This document shows positions 37,490 to 50,635 of a DNA stretch of 64,000 bases, piece after piece. The stretch is from NCBI RefSeq assembly GCF_001194135.2, contig NC_068984.1:105998692-106062691 (forward strand). The letters are read 5' to 3'. How positions within the stretch are numbered: position 1 is the stretch's first letter; the number at the start of each line of letters is the position of its first letter. Source of the DNA: Octopus bimaculoides. Taxonomy: Eukaryota. The notes under the pieces were generated by a model that was given only the letters and a program-made list of their open reading frames with translations, had not been told where the DNA came from and ran no database searches. The position numbers and the translations under genes were made by a program.

Positions 37490-38490
37490 GAGTTCACCAA
37501 GGATCAGGTCTCCGTTCCCTCTTGTTTATCATAGTCCTTCAGGTTATAACAGGAATTCAAGACTGGCTACCCTTGGGAGCTCTTCTATACTGATGACCTT
37601 CTTCTTATAACTGAATCCCTACCAGAACTACAGAAGAAATTTCTGGTGTGGAAGCAAAGTCTGGAATCCAAGGGCTTCAGAGTTAATTCAGCAAAGACCA
37701 AAGTCCTAGTAAGTAGAAAAACAAATTACTAAACCTTTCAAGGACAGTGCCCTGCTCAAAATGTAGAAAAGGTGAAGTAAGAAATTCCATATGGTGTACT
37801 CAGTGCAAGCCATGGATGCATAAAGGGCACAGCAGTATCACAGAAAAGTTAATAGAGTAGTATCTGTATGAGGCAGATGTGCAGGTTCACTAAACATTAA
37901 GAATGTACAGGAAATAGATTTCTTCAAATGTCTGGAGGCATCCTTAGTAGTAGTAGATAGCTTCCATTATCTAAGCAACTAAAAGGTGGAGGAGAATGCT
38001 CTGAAAGTGTAGTTGCTAGAATAAGAAGGGGCTGGACAAAGTTCAAAGACCTACTAATTTTGTTGGTAACAAAAGGCTTCTCCTACAGAATGAAAAGCAG
38101 ATTGTATGATGCCTGTGTATGAACAGCCCTGCTACATGGCACTGAAACATGAACTGTGACTACAGAGGATATGCAAAAGCTTGAAAGAAATGAAGCCAAC
38201 ATGCTCTGCTGGATGGGTAATGTCAGTATGCATGTGCAACAGAGTGTAAATGTTTTATGAGAAAAATTGTGCATAAGAGACATCAGATGTGTGCAAGAGA
38301 GAAGACTGTGCTAGTATGGTCATGTGATGCAAACAGCTGCATACAGAAGTGCCCATCTCTTATTATGGAGGGAACCTGTGGATGAAGTGGTAGGAACAAT
38401 AGGATGAAGTGGTGAAAAATGATCTTCAGATGTTGAGCCTCACAGAAGAGATGTCAAATGATGAACACTTTTGGCAATACTTGAAAAGAC
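37490..38490 (+). mobile_element. Degenerate RTE RT and 3' fragment
   Basis: WELFYTDDL, the Cys-rich insert and ACV.TALLHGTET motifs, with many stop codons. Confidence 0.8.
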
Positions 38491-38574
38491 ACATCAAGCT
38501 AAGTAAAATGGTGGCCATCCATTCATACAGACATGTTCTTTATGGCTATGCCCCTCTCTCACACACATGTATAA

Positions 38575-39025
38575 TCTGTCAAAATTCCCTCTTTGCCAAA
38601 TCTGCACTCCTGCTAACTAATATGAACATCATCCAGAGCCAATAGCTGAAGGTAAAGATGTCACCATCCTCTGAGATTTTCCAGTCAACACTGACATAAC
38701 AATCCAAGCTAATCAGCTAAACAGAATCATTAAAGACAGAAAAGAAAATACTTGTAAACTGATAGACATAAGTGTCCCTACTAATAAGGATATATCTATC
38801 AAAGAATTTGACAAGCTTAGTAAATATATGGACTGGATAATTGAAATATAAAAGATATGACATTTAAAACTTAAAGCAAAAACTGTCCCTGTTATTGTAG
38901 GTGTCCTTGGTATGATAAAAAAGGGAAGTTAGAAACATCTAAATAATGTCTCAGAAGTACCATATCTCAAAGATACCCAAAAGATTGTGTTGACAGGTAC
39001 TGCCCACATTTTTAGAGAAACCCTA
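38575..39025 (+). mobile_element. R4/Dong-like LINE C-terminal restriction-like endonuclease fragment
   Basis: EHHPEP...VTIL.DFPVNTD.TIQAN...LIDISVP...KEFDKLSKY...TVPVIVGVLG.IKKG...GTAHILR, decayed. Confidence 0.65.
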
Positions 39026-39319
39026 TCAAATTAAATGTTTGTGTACACATTGTATTATATGAATATATTTCTGTACTGCGTGCCCCATTTTTCTTTCTTA
39101 AACGTTCAATTCTATCAAAACATCTCTTTAACTTCACTTGCCCGAGGGTGCTGGGTGTGACCCAGCAAGTGACTGTAGCAAAGAGACAGAATAAAAGCAA
39201 AATAATAATGATGAAAATAATAATAATCCTTTCTACTAAAGGCACAAGGCAAAAAATGGGGGCAAGAGAGAGAGAGAGAGAGAGGCAAGACATGGAATGA
39301 GCAAAAACTGCAGAGGGTG

Positions 39320-39735
39320 ACAGTGTTGGAGACTAGCAAAATCCTCTGGGATTTCCCAATCCAAACCGATCAGGTGCTAGTTGATGTTGTGTGCCCCTTT
39401 GACCCATGAATAGTCAAGAAGGAAGGTGAAAAAATAGATAAACATAACCCTCCTAAGTACAAAATAGCTCGGCTATGGAAAATGAAGAAGGTGAAGATAG
39501 TGCCAATTATTGTTGACTCCTTGGGGACAGTATCAGAAGGCATCAAGGGGAATATAAAGGAAATTGGAATAGAGTGCCCAGTAGAACTGTTACAAAAGGT
39601 TTGCCTCCTTGGCTCGGCCAGAATAATCAGAAAAATATCAGATAGCTGAAAAGAACGGATAGCATGGTACCATAGGCTGTAGGTAGCAAGCCCACAACAC
39701 ATACAAGACTCCAGGAGTTCCAACAAAACCTGTGA
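39320..39735 (+). mobile_element. Second, distinct R4/Dong-like RLE C-terminal fragment plus 3' end
   Basis: KILWDFPIQTD...VDVVCPFD...KEGEKIDK...LWKMKKVKIVPIIV.SLGTV...LLQKVCLLGSARIIRK*, followed by an A-rich tail (ataaaaataaaat). Confidence 0.65.
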
Positions 39736-39874
39736 TAAAAATAAAATAATAATATAGTCCTTTATGCTATAAGTAAAAGGCCTGAAACTCTTGGAAAGGG
39801 AGCTAGTTGATTACATGAACCCCAGTGCTTGACAAGTACTCATTTCATTGAGCCAGAAAAGATTAAAAGCAAAG

Positions 39875-39990
39875 TTGATGATGATGAGAATGGTGATGGT
39901 GGTGAGAGTGGTTATCATGATGGTAGTGGTTGTGGTGATGGTAGTGGTTGTGGTGGTAATAATGAATGTGATGGTGGTAGTGATGAGGAT
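39875..39990. repeat. Compound (GAT/GGT/GTA)n trinucleotide tract
   Basis: Read directly; it produces the spurious TTITTT/MMVVVV ORFs. Confidence 0.85.
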
Positions 39991-40809
39991 AATTTGGACC
40001 TCAACTATTGATAAGGAGTTCAGTGGCAAACCCAAATATAAATGAATCTTGGTTAGAATTTCCGATCATGAGTGTTCAATAGATCAATCAAATGATATAC
40101 CAGACTCATTGGATTAGCATGCAAGCGGCTGAGTATTCATCATCATCATCATCATCATCGTTTAACGTCCGCCTTCCATGCTAGCATGGGTTGGACGATT
40201 TGACTGAGGACTGGTGAAACCGGATGGCAACACCAGGCTCCAATCTAATTTGGCAGAGTTTCTACAGCTGGATGCCCTTCCTAACGCCAACCACTCAGAG
40301 AGTGTAGTGGGTGCTTTTACGTGTCACCCCCTCACATGAAATCAAATAGGACACAGTGTGTGTGACAAAGCTGAAAAATTTGAATTACAGATACAATCCA
40401 TCCAATGGGATTCCATACAGTTTCCATCTGCTCAGTTTCACTCTCATAGTTTTGGTTGACCTGAGGTTATAGAGAAACACATTTGCCTAACATGCCATGC
40501 AATGGGATTGAACCTGAGACTACATGATTGTGAAGTGAATACTAACCATTTAGCCATAAATGATACACAAAAAGTTTACTTATATAAAAACATTATTTAA
40601 AATATGTAATTTGTACTATCTTTACAAAGACTTCAGCAAATTACCAATTTAATTTCAAGTGATAATTCTAAGTGATTAATTTAGAAGGTAGGAAAACTAT
40701 TTGCCATTAATCATAACTCAAGCAATAAATATTATCCTGAGAGTTCTGATAATGTCAAGCTAATAGTAGCTAATTACAACAGTGAAAATATATAAATATG
40801 GAAACTTGC

Positions 40810-41052
40810 CATGTTAAGTACTGCTTTCCAAGGTTCTTGAGTTAAGCAAGTGACACAAGTTGGCAACAACTGGAGCCAATAATTAGGATGATGCTTTAAA
40901 GAGAGAGAGATTTCCTGCATTTTTATACCATCTTGACGTTTTTCGACCAAATCCACCATGAATGCTGGATGTTGACCAGATATTGTGCTGGCTACAGATG
41001 ATGTCCAACAACAAATGGCTGCTGAAACTATCTGAATTGCTAGATCTAGAGC
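40810..41052 (-). CDS. FOCAD: Focadhesin exon, ALDLAIQIVSAAICCW...LQLLPTCVTCLTQEPWKAVLNM
   Basis: Poly-T + GCAG acceptor; 243 nt, phase 0 to 0. The 3' boundary is a GC donor (ATG|GCAAGT). Similar to recalled ALDFFLLIFATAVVAW...LLPNSMALLLQKEPWK. Confidence 0.88.
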
Positions 41053-41159
41053 CTGCAAAAAAAAAAAAAAAATTTTAACAGAGAATTATGTATTAATTCA
41101 TAGACACAATATTTATAAATAATTTGAAACAGAAGATACACTTTTTTTTTTTATCCCTA

Positions 41160-41710
41160 ATAGACATATAACTTTAGATTCACTGAGAAGCACTAGAATA
41201 AGAATAGCTGCTAGAATCAGAATAGCCTGGGCAAAGTTCAGAGAGCTCCTACCTCTGCTGGTAACAAACAAAGGCCTTTCACTCAGATTGAAACGTAGAC
41301 TGTATAATGCATGTGTGCGAACTGCCATGCTACATGGCAGTGAAACATGGGCTGTGACTGCTCAGGAGATGTGTAAGCTTGCAAGAAATGAAGCTAGTAT
41401 GCTCCGCTGGATGTGTAATGTCAGTGTGCGTACACGACATAGTGTAGGCACTGTGAGAGAAAAGTTGGACATAAGAAGCATCAGATGTGGTGTGCAAGAG
41501 AGATGACTGAGCTAGTATGGTCATGTGTTGCGTATGGATGAAGACAACTGTGTGAAAAAGTGGAAGGAACCTGTGGAAGCAGTAGACTCAGACCTGGGAT
41601 GAGGTGGTGAAGCACGACCTTTGAACATTGGGCCTCATGGAGGCAATGACAAGCAACTGAGACCTTTGGAGATATACTGTGCTTGAGAAGACCCTGTAAG
41701 CCAAGTAAGA
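41160..41710 (+). mobile_element. RTE 3' fragment
   Basis: RIAWAKFRELLPLL, RLYNACVRTAMLHGSETWAVT...VREKLDIRSIRCGVQER. Confidence 0.88.
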
Positions 41711-44700
41711 CCGTAGCCTATGCCAGTGTTACATAACTAGCCCATTTAAGAATACCCTTCAATCATTGGGCAATATACTATTCTTGAGAAGATCTGTTCA
41801 GTCAATTGCAATCACTGTCATGGCCAATGCCAGTACCGCCTGACTGGCACCCATGCTGGTGGCATATAGAAAGCACCATTGGAGTGTGGTCGATGCCAAT
41901 CCCACTGACACTTTATACAAGTGTCTTCTGCTATAGCTTCAGGCTGATGAAAGCTTGTCATATGTGTGTGTGTGTGTTTACATGCTTCCCCACTATCACT
42001 TGACAACCAGTGCTGGGGTCAATTTGCTCAACTAAAAACTCTTCAAGGCAGTGCCCCAGCATGTACAATATGGAGCAAAACATAATAACACACACCACAA
42101 AACAAAATTAGATAGGAAAATTCTAGAGAAGAATACATGCGTACTCTAAATACTAGAAGAGAATACAGTTAATAAAATTCCCCACAGATATAGATCATTA
42201 ATTACGGAAGCCATATGCATATTGTAATACAATGCTGAAATCAACATGCAACCAACACACACATCAAAAAGTTAATGTGTGGCTACTGACATAAAAACCT
42301 GAAAGTCATAAATTTGACAGCAACAAGCAAATAGACACATGATTGCTGATGTATGGAGCTAATGGATAAACATGATTTGGCAGGAAGTCTGCAAGAATTC
42401 AACTAGTGTATAAAGAAGCAAAATAGATGCCAAATATATTCAATTTGAGAGAATAAGACTGTGAAGGTCTGGAAACATTGAATATAAATTTAGGATTTTT
42501 ATTGTTCCAAATCAACTGTAAAAAGACTATTAAGAAAATACAAAAAATATAAACTAACTAAAGATAAAACTTGAATATAGTTTTGTATTTAATGAAACAT
42601 TTTCTTTTTATATAAATATCGAACTTTAGCATTACTGCAAAAAATAAAGAAAGTTTTTTGCTGTGAGCAGAAAAAATGGCTAGTTTCTAATCTTAGATCT
42701 TTATCAGAAAAAAGGACACACATCTCTTGTCTTCTGAGATATTAATGGCTAATAGTTGTTTACAGTGTATAGAAACTGGGACTCAGTTAAACTGGCCAGT
42801 CTAATTTGCATAACAGTACATGCACCGACACGGTGCATTATTTAATTCCTAGTGTCATACATAGTACAAGATAAAAAATATTTAAAACTACCAGTGATAA
42901 TTCAATTGGTATGTGGTATCAGTCAATTATTTCTTATGATATGACATTAGCTAAGATGGTGGGTAAATGTCTGGTGTCTTAATGAGGAAAACATGGATTT
43001 GAAATACACAAAGATAGCTGTTATGTGAATCATTAATTGAGCAAAATCTTTTCTGACAACCACATTTGTATGCTGTCTACCCATGACAGGTAACTCCCAT
43101 TGCAGGAAAGAGAGGTTGTTGTTACAGATCACAACTTCTTTTGTTCTTTTTTTACTTAATATTTTCAAGATGAAAGGAAAGGAGGAATCTTCAAATCAGT
43201 CTTATTTGGGATGGTTACAATATGTTAGACCAGGCATAAGCAAACTTTTTGAGAAGTGGGCTGCATGTAATATGACGTTTCATCAGTTATATTGTACTAC
43301 AAATAAATTTAAAGTAATTTTTTGTTAGGTATGCTAGTCAGAAAGTCCAGTGGGCTGCATGTAGTAGTTTGCCCATGACAGCATTAGACGCTGTTAAAGA
43401 CATTCAAATGCAGGGAGATGGCATTAAATCTGGTGGCCATTAAGAAGAAAAACTGTCCCTCCAATGGACTTCAGCACAATTTTCATCAGTGTAAAAGGCT
43501 TTGTTCAACACAGGGGTATGGTAGAAGATACTTCAACAATGATGCTGTGCAGAGGGGTTGAACACATGCAATTGTGAAACTAAATTCTCAATTATGCAAC
43601 CATATCTGTGCCAGTGTTGAAAATTGAAGGATATTGCTTTTGTAGGAAAAAAATAAAAATGATAAAAGAAGAAATATGAACAAAAGGATACAAAACTTCT
43701 GACAGTTTATCAATTACTACTAATAAAAACAGTGGCAAGTGCTAAATATATTTGAATACATTCAAACATACTTCACTAGATAAAAACTGTAGATATGTAA
43801 CTGGCAAAACATTATAAATGCATGTGAGAATACATAAAAAAAAGAGAACAAAATATAAATAACAAAAAATATAACAAACATAATACAACTTGATTTTTGT
43901 ATTAGGAGAAAGACATATTCAGCTGCAATTGCACTGATAAAAATAAAGACAGATATGTTCAAATCATGCTAAGAAAACAAAAAAGTCAGAAGAAATTATA
44001 GACAAGAGTTTGTTAGAAGATGGGGCAAGAACAGAAAACAAACTAGCTGGGAGATGGTGAAGGAAGTGAGGATGTGAGGGTGAAACAGTAGTAGTAGAGG
44101 GAGTGTGCTGAAGGGAGTAATGAAAGAGAGGCACTAATAGCAGGTGAGTGTGTGTGTGTGTGTGTGTGTGTGAGGGAGGAAGAGAGAGAGAGAGAGAGAG
44201 AGAGAGAACAAGTAGTAGCCATGGATGTGAGTAGAGAAAAGAAAGAGAGATGATTTCAATAAGGAGTGATTTGGTAGAGAGGGAGTACTGAAGGGTGGAG
44301 TGTATTGAATAAGGGTATATCTGATGTAATCTATTATTACATAGACATAATAGGAGAGAGAAAGAGAAGGAGAGAGAGGGTGATAAGGATTATGGTAGAA
44401 GAATTGCTTTTGGACTGATCTAGTGTGATCCACAATGCAAACTCTAGTAGCAGTCTTTGTGACTGAGCAATACACATTACAGTTCATGGAAATAAAATCA
44501 CCTGAAGGTTCTAAGTTAAGTCTTTATTGGAAGTGGCATTGCAGAAAACAGCAGGAGGACACCTAAGAATCATGACCTCAGTGGGGCTGGCTCCCTTAGA
44601 GTGTCAAGAACTAATGGGATGAATACTTGCTTGACAGGAGTTCTTCCACTGAAGATTTCTCTGTCTGCTCTCCACATGGTGAGTATCCACTTACTGCCCC

Positions 44701-47382
44701 TTTTTTACATGAGTAGCATGGTTGTGTGACTAGGACAAGGGGTAGGTGGGGAGAGAGTGAGTGATAGAGAGAAACGAGAAGGTGTCACTGATGTGTAGCA
44801 AATGGAGATTGAGCAGGGATGCAATGAACAAGATGCTCAGATTACCAAATTTAAAAAAAATATAGAATTAATAGTAGGGTAATTTATATGTCTTTGTCTG
44901 CACACAAAAATATATGTCTTTGTCTGCTCACAAAGTTCCTCTGTCACGGAAAAAGTTTTGTCAATTTCTCTGTGATAAATAAATCATAAAGGCTGGAAAT
45001 TTGGTAATTTTCTTTTTGATATCAATATTTGTACATTTTGACAGTTAGAGTCTGCACATTTATATGGGTATCTGAAAATAACACTCTGTAAACTGAGTGG
45101 TGAATAAAAGGGAACAAGGTAAGGTATAAGGACTTTTTAGTCTTGCTGGGGACACAGCAACCTTTCTAATGCTGGTGTCATGATAAAAGTGGTTTGTGAT
45201 AGGAAGGATATCCAGCTGTAGAAAGCAACAAGAACAACATCATCATGATTAAGCATCCATGTTTCATGCTGGCATGGGCAATATGGATTGATAGGATCTA
45301 ATGAATCTGAAGTCTGCATCATGATCCAATGTCTATTTTGGCATGAGTTCTATGGTTGGATGCCCTGCCTAATACCAACCACTTTACAGCATGTACTGGG
45401 TGCTTTTATCATGACATCTGCACCAGTGGGGTCACTATGCAGCTTAAGGACTAAGATCCCTTGCAACAGAGTGGGGCTATAGTGATAAGGAGGAGGTTTT
45501 ATGCTAAGAGATGAGGGGTTAAAGTATGAGACATTAAAGTATGTGAGCAGAACAGGTTTCATTATAAAAGAGAAGCTGAGTGTGACTGGGGTGGAGTGAG
45601 AAAAAGATGATATAGTGGTGATGAAGTAAGACCTCAAAGAACATAGTGGGCAGAAGTGAATGGGGAAAGGAAAACAGGGAATGTGGGAAGGTAGAGTCAT
45701 TCTCGTCCTTTTAATATTTTTGCCCTGCCTGCATGAGTCTGATGGAATTTAGGGTAGGTTCTCTATGGCCAGGTGCACTTCCTGTTACCAACAGTATAGA
45801 TACTTCCCCATGGCTGGACATGCTTTCACAGAAGACTAGGAATAGATGACACCACTTGTATGTAAGTGACATTCATTAACAATGTCAGGAGAAAGACATT
45901 AACATACCCACCCCCCACACACACAATACATGCGTATATATTTGACAACCAGTGTTGGTGTGTTTATGCTCCCATAACTTTAGCAGTTACGATTGAATAA
46001 GTCCCAGGCTTAAAAAAAAAAGGCCTGAGGTTGATTTATTTGAATAAAACCCTTCAAGGCAGTACCCCAGCCTGGCTACGGTCAAATGACTGAAACAAGT
46101 AAAAAGATAAAAGGTATATGTATACACAGTGGGCTTCAATCAGTTTCCACTTACAAATGCCACTCACAAGAATTTTGTTAGCTGGGACATGCCTAGATGT
46201 CATGTAATGAGACTGAACCTGCATTTTAACTAAAATCAGTGACTGATTTACTCTGTTGGGGTTAAAACTTGTCTCTTCTTCTGTGTTCTTTTAGTTAGAA
46301 ACCCAACTGAAAGAACAGAGAGAATTAAACATCAACAGTATTTTCATATAAGCTCTGAAATATCTTTTAAAGATTAGCTGATTGGTTAAAAAGCTTATTT
46401 CCTGACCATCTGGCTTTGAGTTAAGCCCTACTGCATAGCAGCTTGGAAATTATGTCTTCTGCTATAGCTCTTATGAGTAGATTTGGTCGGTGGAAACTGA
46501 AAGAAACCTATTGTATACGTGTGTGTATGTGTGTGTGTGTGTGTGCATGTGCATAGCTGTATGTTCATGCCTTTGTTTTCAATATCACTTGATCATTGTA
46601 AAGCAATGTCGTCATAATCCAAAAAGTGTCATTCATTTTCAATATTCTGTGAAAACATGTCTGATCATGAGGAAATAATACCTTTCTTGCAAACAGTTGA
46701 GGATTGGCAAAAGGAGGGGCGTCTAGCTGTAGAAAATTTACCTTAATGAATTCTCTCTGACCCATGCAAGTATGGAAAAGTGGACAGTAAAATGCTGAAG
46801 ACAGTGCTTAACTTCATTCTCAGGATGAGATGGGGGAGGAGGCATAATTCCCCACTTTCTCAAGTGCAAGATGTTGCTCTATCACAAATTATGTTGTTAG
46901 ATGATATGTTATTAGATGATGTTGTCTATTCACAATAGTTAAATGACTTGGGGCAATGTGGAACAGAGTGCAGTGCTCAGTGACACCACAAAACGCTTGC
47001 AGTGAGTCTGGATTCAAGATCATATGATCATATGCCATGAAATTCAATAACTCTTGTACTTATCCGTTCCACTTCTGCACAATATCTAAATGATAATAAT
47101 GAAGATGATAGTGATGTTGATGATAATCTTAACCCTTTAGCATTCAGATTATTCTGTCAAATATAATGCTTATTCATTCACATGACCTGATTGCTTATTT
47201 TCAGAAGGACATTGTAAGGTAAGTGTGTGAGATTGCTTCTGGCTGGTTTGAACGTAAAACAGGTAGAATACACAGACCAAATATAGCTGGTTTGAATGCT
47301 ATATGATTAATGATGAGTGAGAAAGTGATAATGACAATAGTGTTGCATACTATTCAATCAAAAAGATCGATTTGCTACTTAC

Positions 47383-47560
47383 TATATTTGATTTCATGGT
47401 AGCATTTAACAATTGAAGTCCACCAGTAGCTAGGTTGCGAACATGGCCAATTAGTTCTAAAAACCATCCCAGACGATCTTTGGTGAGAGTTTTATTCAGA
47501 GAACAGATATAGAAGCACTGCGATAGAAACAGGAGGCACAAGCTGTAAAGCTCTGGGATA
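47383..47560 (-). CDS. FOCAD: Focadhesin exon, (N)IPELYSLCLLFLSQCFYICSLNKTLTKDRLGWFLELIGHVRNLATGGLQLLNATMKSNI
   Basis: ttttatttcag acceptor and GTAAGT donor; 178 nt, phase 2 to 0. RLGWFLELIGHVRNLA matches recalled RMEWLLELMGYIRNVA. Confidence 0.92.
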
Positions 47561-47687
47561 CTGAAATAAAAGAGATACTGATATTACAGAAAATGAATAA
47601 CAAAAATATGGATATTTTAAATTTTCACTTAAGTATAAGACAAGTGCTTACAGAGGACATATATACATACACAATACACACATATTG

Positions 47688-47744
<57 letters not shown>

Positions 47745-47869
47745 CATACATGTACACACACATATATGTATATATATTACACACACACACATATATTATA
47801 TGTATTTACATATGTTTACATGTTTATATATGTAAATGTATGTGTGTGTGTGTGTATGTACATATTTCT

Positions 47870-48375
47870 GCTCTCTTTGCACCAACATCAAGTTGGTTCA
47901 ACTTGCTATTCAGGTCCTTGCTGAGGTTCTGATTCACATTGTGCTGTTCCAATTTGCTGATGTTTGGTCACTTGCTTGCTGGCTTCCCTTGTGGTCACCA
48001 TCTTATTCAAATGTCTGACACACAACTCCCCAAGAGACTGTTTTACAGTGAACAGGCAAAAGGTAAGTGCATGCAAAGTGGACAGAAAAGTGCTTCAAGG
48101 ATACACTCAAAACCTCACTGAAGAACCTTGAGAGCAATCCCAACTCCTGGGAAGTGCAAGCACAAGACAGCCCAGCCTGGCTACACTGCACCAACAGAGG
48201 TGCCACTTCCTAAGAACAGAATAGGATCACAGGAGCACAAAGGAAATGTCAACTTTGCAAGTCTGGAGCCAACTCCTTGCCTTCAGTCTCAGAAGACCAC
48301 CAGTGTCCAGCGTGTGGCAGAGCCTTCGAGCATGCATTGGATTGATCGGCCATGTCTCCTACTCCCACGAAATGT
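47870..48375 (+). mobile_element. RTE (BovB-like) 3' fragment
   Basis: MSDTQLPKRLFYSE..KG...GQK..FKDTLK and terminal ..LRACIGLIGH resemble the BovB-type C-terminal zinc-finger end. Confidence 0.7.
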
Positions 48376-50635
48376 CCTTGGTCATCATCAACAACAATGG
48401 ACAAACTAATAATGATAATAATGTACATGTTTATATACAATGGTTTGACAAAACAATGGAAACACTTTGTTGAAAGAAATTTTTTATTTAATATGGATTT
48501 GGTCCTACTATGGCATCATTTACTACTTTAATATTTTGAGGAATTGACTCCTACAGGTTGTGGACAGTTGTTAGGGGAATTTCAAACCTTTCTTAAGAGA
48601 AACCTGCCTAAGCTCTTTCAGTAACAATGGAAGAAAGAAGTAGTTAATCACTTGAAGCTCCAAAATGCACCATAAATATTTGATTATATTAATATCTGGT
48701 CAAGTGTGGCAGACAGTCCAAGTGATCAACTTAAGTCTTGTGCTCTTTGTGCCAACTTTGAATAAAATTAGCTATGCAGATTGGTGCATAATCACCAGAG
48801 AATAATGTTTGTATCACAAAATAGACATGATCAACCATAATACTCAGATAATCGTAAAGTTGTTAACTCTGCCATGCAGAACAACTAAAGGGCCAAGAGA
48901 ACTCCATGATATGACTGTTCAAGTCATAACAGAGTCATTTTCATGCTTCATGGTATGGACCAAACAGCCAGGGTTGAAGGCTTTTTTGAGCTTCTCTAGA
49001 CACAAACTTGCTCCAAGGAGGGAAAAAAGGTAACTGATGATTTAGCATAGTAGATGACATTGTCTCATTGAGCCATTAACCACTTCTTAAAGTCTAGACA
49101 ACATTTTTTCCTCTTATCAGTGTTGAAGTCTAGACAACATTTTTTCCTCTTATCAGTGTTGATAGAAGACAGAAGTTAAGCAATTGCAGCCCTCTCATGG
49201 TACCCAGCTTTATGAAACTCACAATTAATCATTTTGATTGACACAAGGTTGACAAAGTGATGGTTTAACTTTACTATCATTTACACTGCTGTAGTTTGGT
49301 TGTTTTAGACACCACACCTTTCACCATTCTATAGTCCTTCTCTGATAGCTTTGCCTTCTGTTCAAAATTATACTTGCTAGGGCTGGTTCTACCTTAATTT
49401 TGGAATGCCAACCTGATTTTTAGAGACTGTATTTATTCTATTGATACCATAAGTGTAAGAAACAAGGCTAGCATTGATAAGATTTTAACAAAGGATACAG
49501 CATCTCATCAATGCTCATTAATAGACACACTTACATCGAAAGAAAAAGGAATAAAAAAAGGAGAAGCAGGAAAGACTTAATTTTAAGCCTTTTGTATTGG
49601 AAACAATGGACAAAAAACACAACAACAGCTCCTTGTAAGAGAACAATGATGAATGCTGAATGATATGGTTAATAGTCCTTTTGTTGTGATTAAGACTCCC
49701 CAAATGTATTTTTGTCAGTGAATGTAAATAGTGATGGTTAAGCTAGTGGTTGACAGTAATAGCTGGTATCTTTACCTCATTTCCTAATTTTGTTTTCCAT
49801 ATTTCTGTTTAAATACATAACTACAGTTTTAGTTAATTTAAAAATAAAACAATCTTGTAATTTATCTTTTACTTGTTTCAGTCATTGGACTGTGGCCATG
49901 CTGGGGCACCACATTGAACAAATCAACCCTAGTAATTATTAAGCCTGGTACTTATTCTGTCAACCTCTTTTGCTGAGCCACTAAGTTATGGGGATGTGAA
50001 CAACCCAACATTAGTTGTCAAGCAGTGGGGGGAAGGGGCAAATATAAACACACACAGGCACGTGCACACATACACACTCACACACACACACACATACACG
50101 TCTGGTAAGTTCACCGGTTTTTTTTTCAATAAAATAGTTTTTAACTGTTAATGGTGAGATACTATAGATACATTTTCTTTGTAAACTTNNNNNNNNNNNN
50201 NNNNNNNNNNNNNNNNNNNNNNNNNNNNNNNNNNNNNNNNNNNNNNNNNNNNNNNNNNNNNNNNNNNNNNNNNNNNNNNNNNNNNNNNNNNNNNNNNNNN
50301 NNNNNNNNNNNNNNNNNNNNNNNNNNNNNNNNNNNNNNNNNNNNNNNNNNNNNNNNNNNNNNNNNNNNNNNNNNNNNNNNNNNNNNNNNNNNNNNNNNNN
50401 NNNNNNNNNNNNNNNNNNNNNNNNNNNNNNNNNNNNNNNNNNNNNNNNNNNNNNNNNNNNNNNNNNNNNNNNNNNNNNNNNNNNNNNNNNNNNNNNNNNN
50501 NNNNNNNNNNNNNNNNNNNNNNNNNNNNNNNNNNNNNNNNNNNNNNNNNNNNNNNNNNNNNNNNNNNNNNNNNNNNNNNNNNNNNNNNNNNNNNNNNNNN
50601 NNNNNNNNNNNNNNNNNNNNNNNNNNNNNNNNNNN

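Noticed and set aside
44883-44935. Short local tandem duplications (also 49090-49163)
   Set aside because: Two-copy slippage duplications of 23-37 bp with no spacer structure, so not CRISPR-like and of no evident function.
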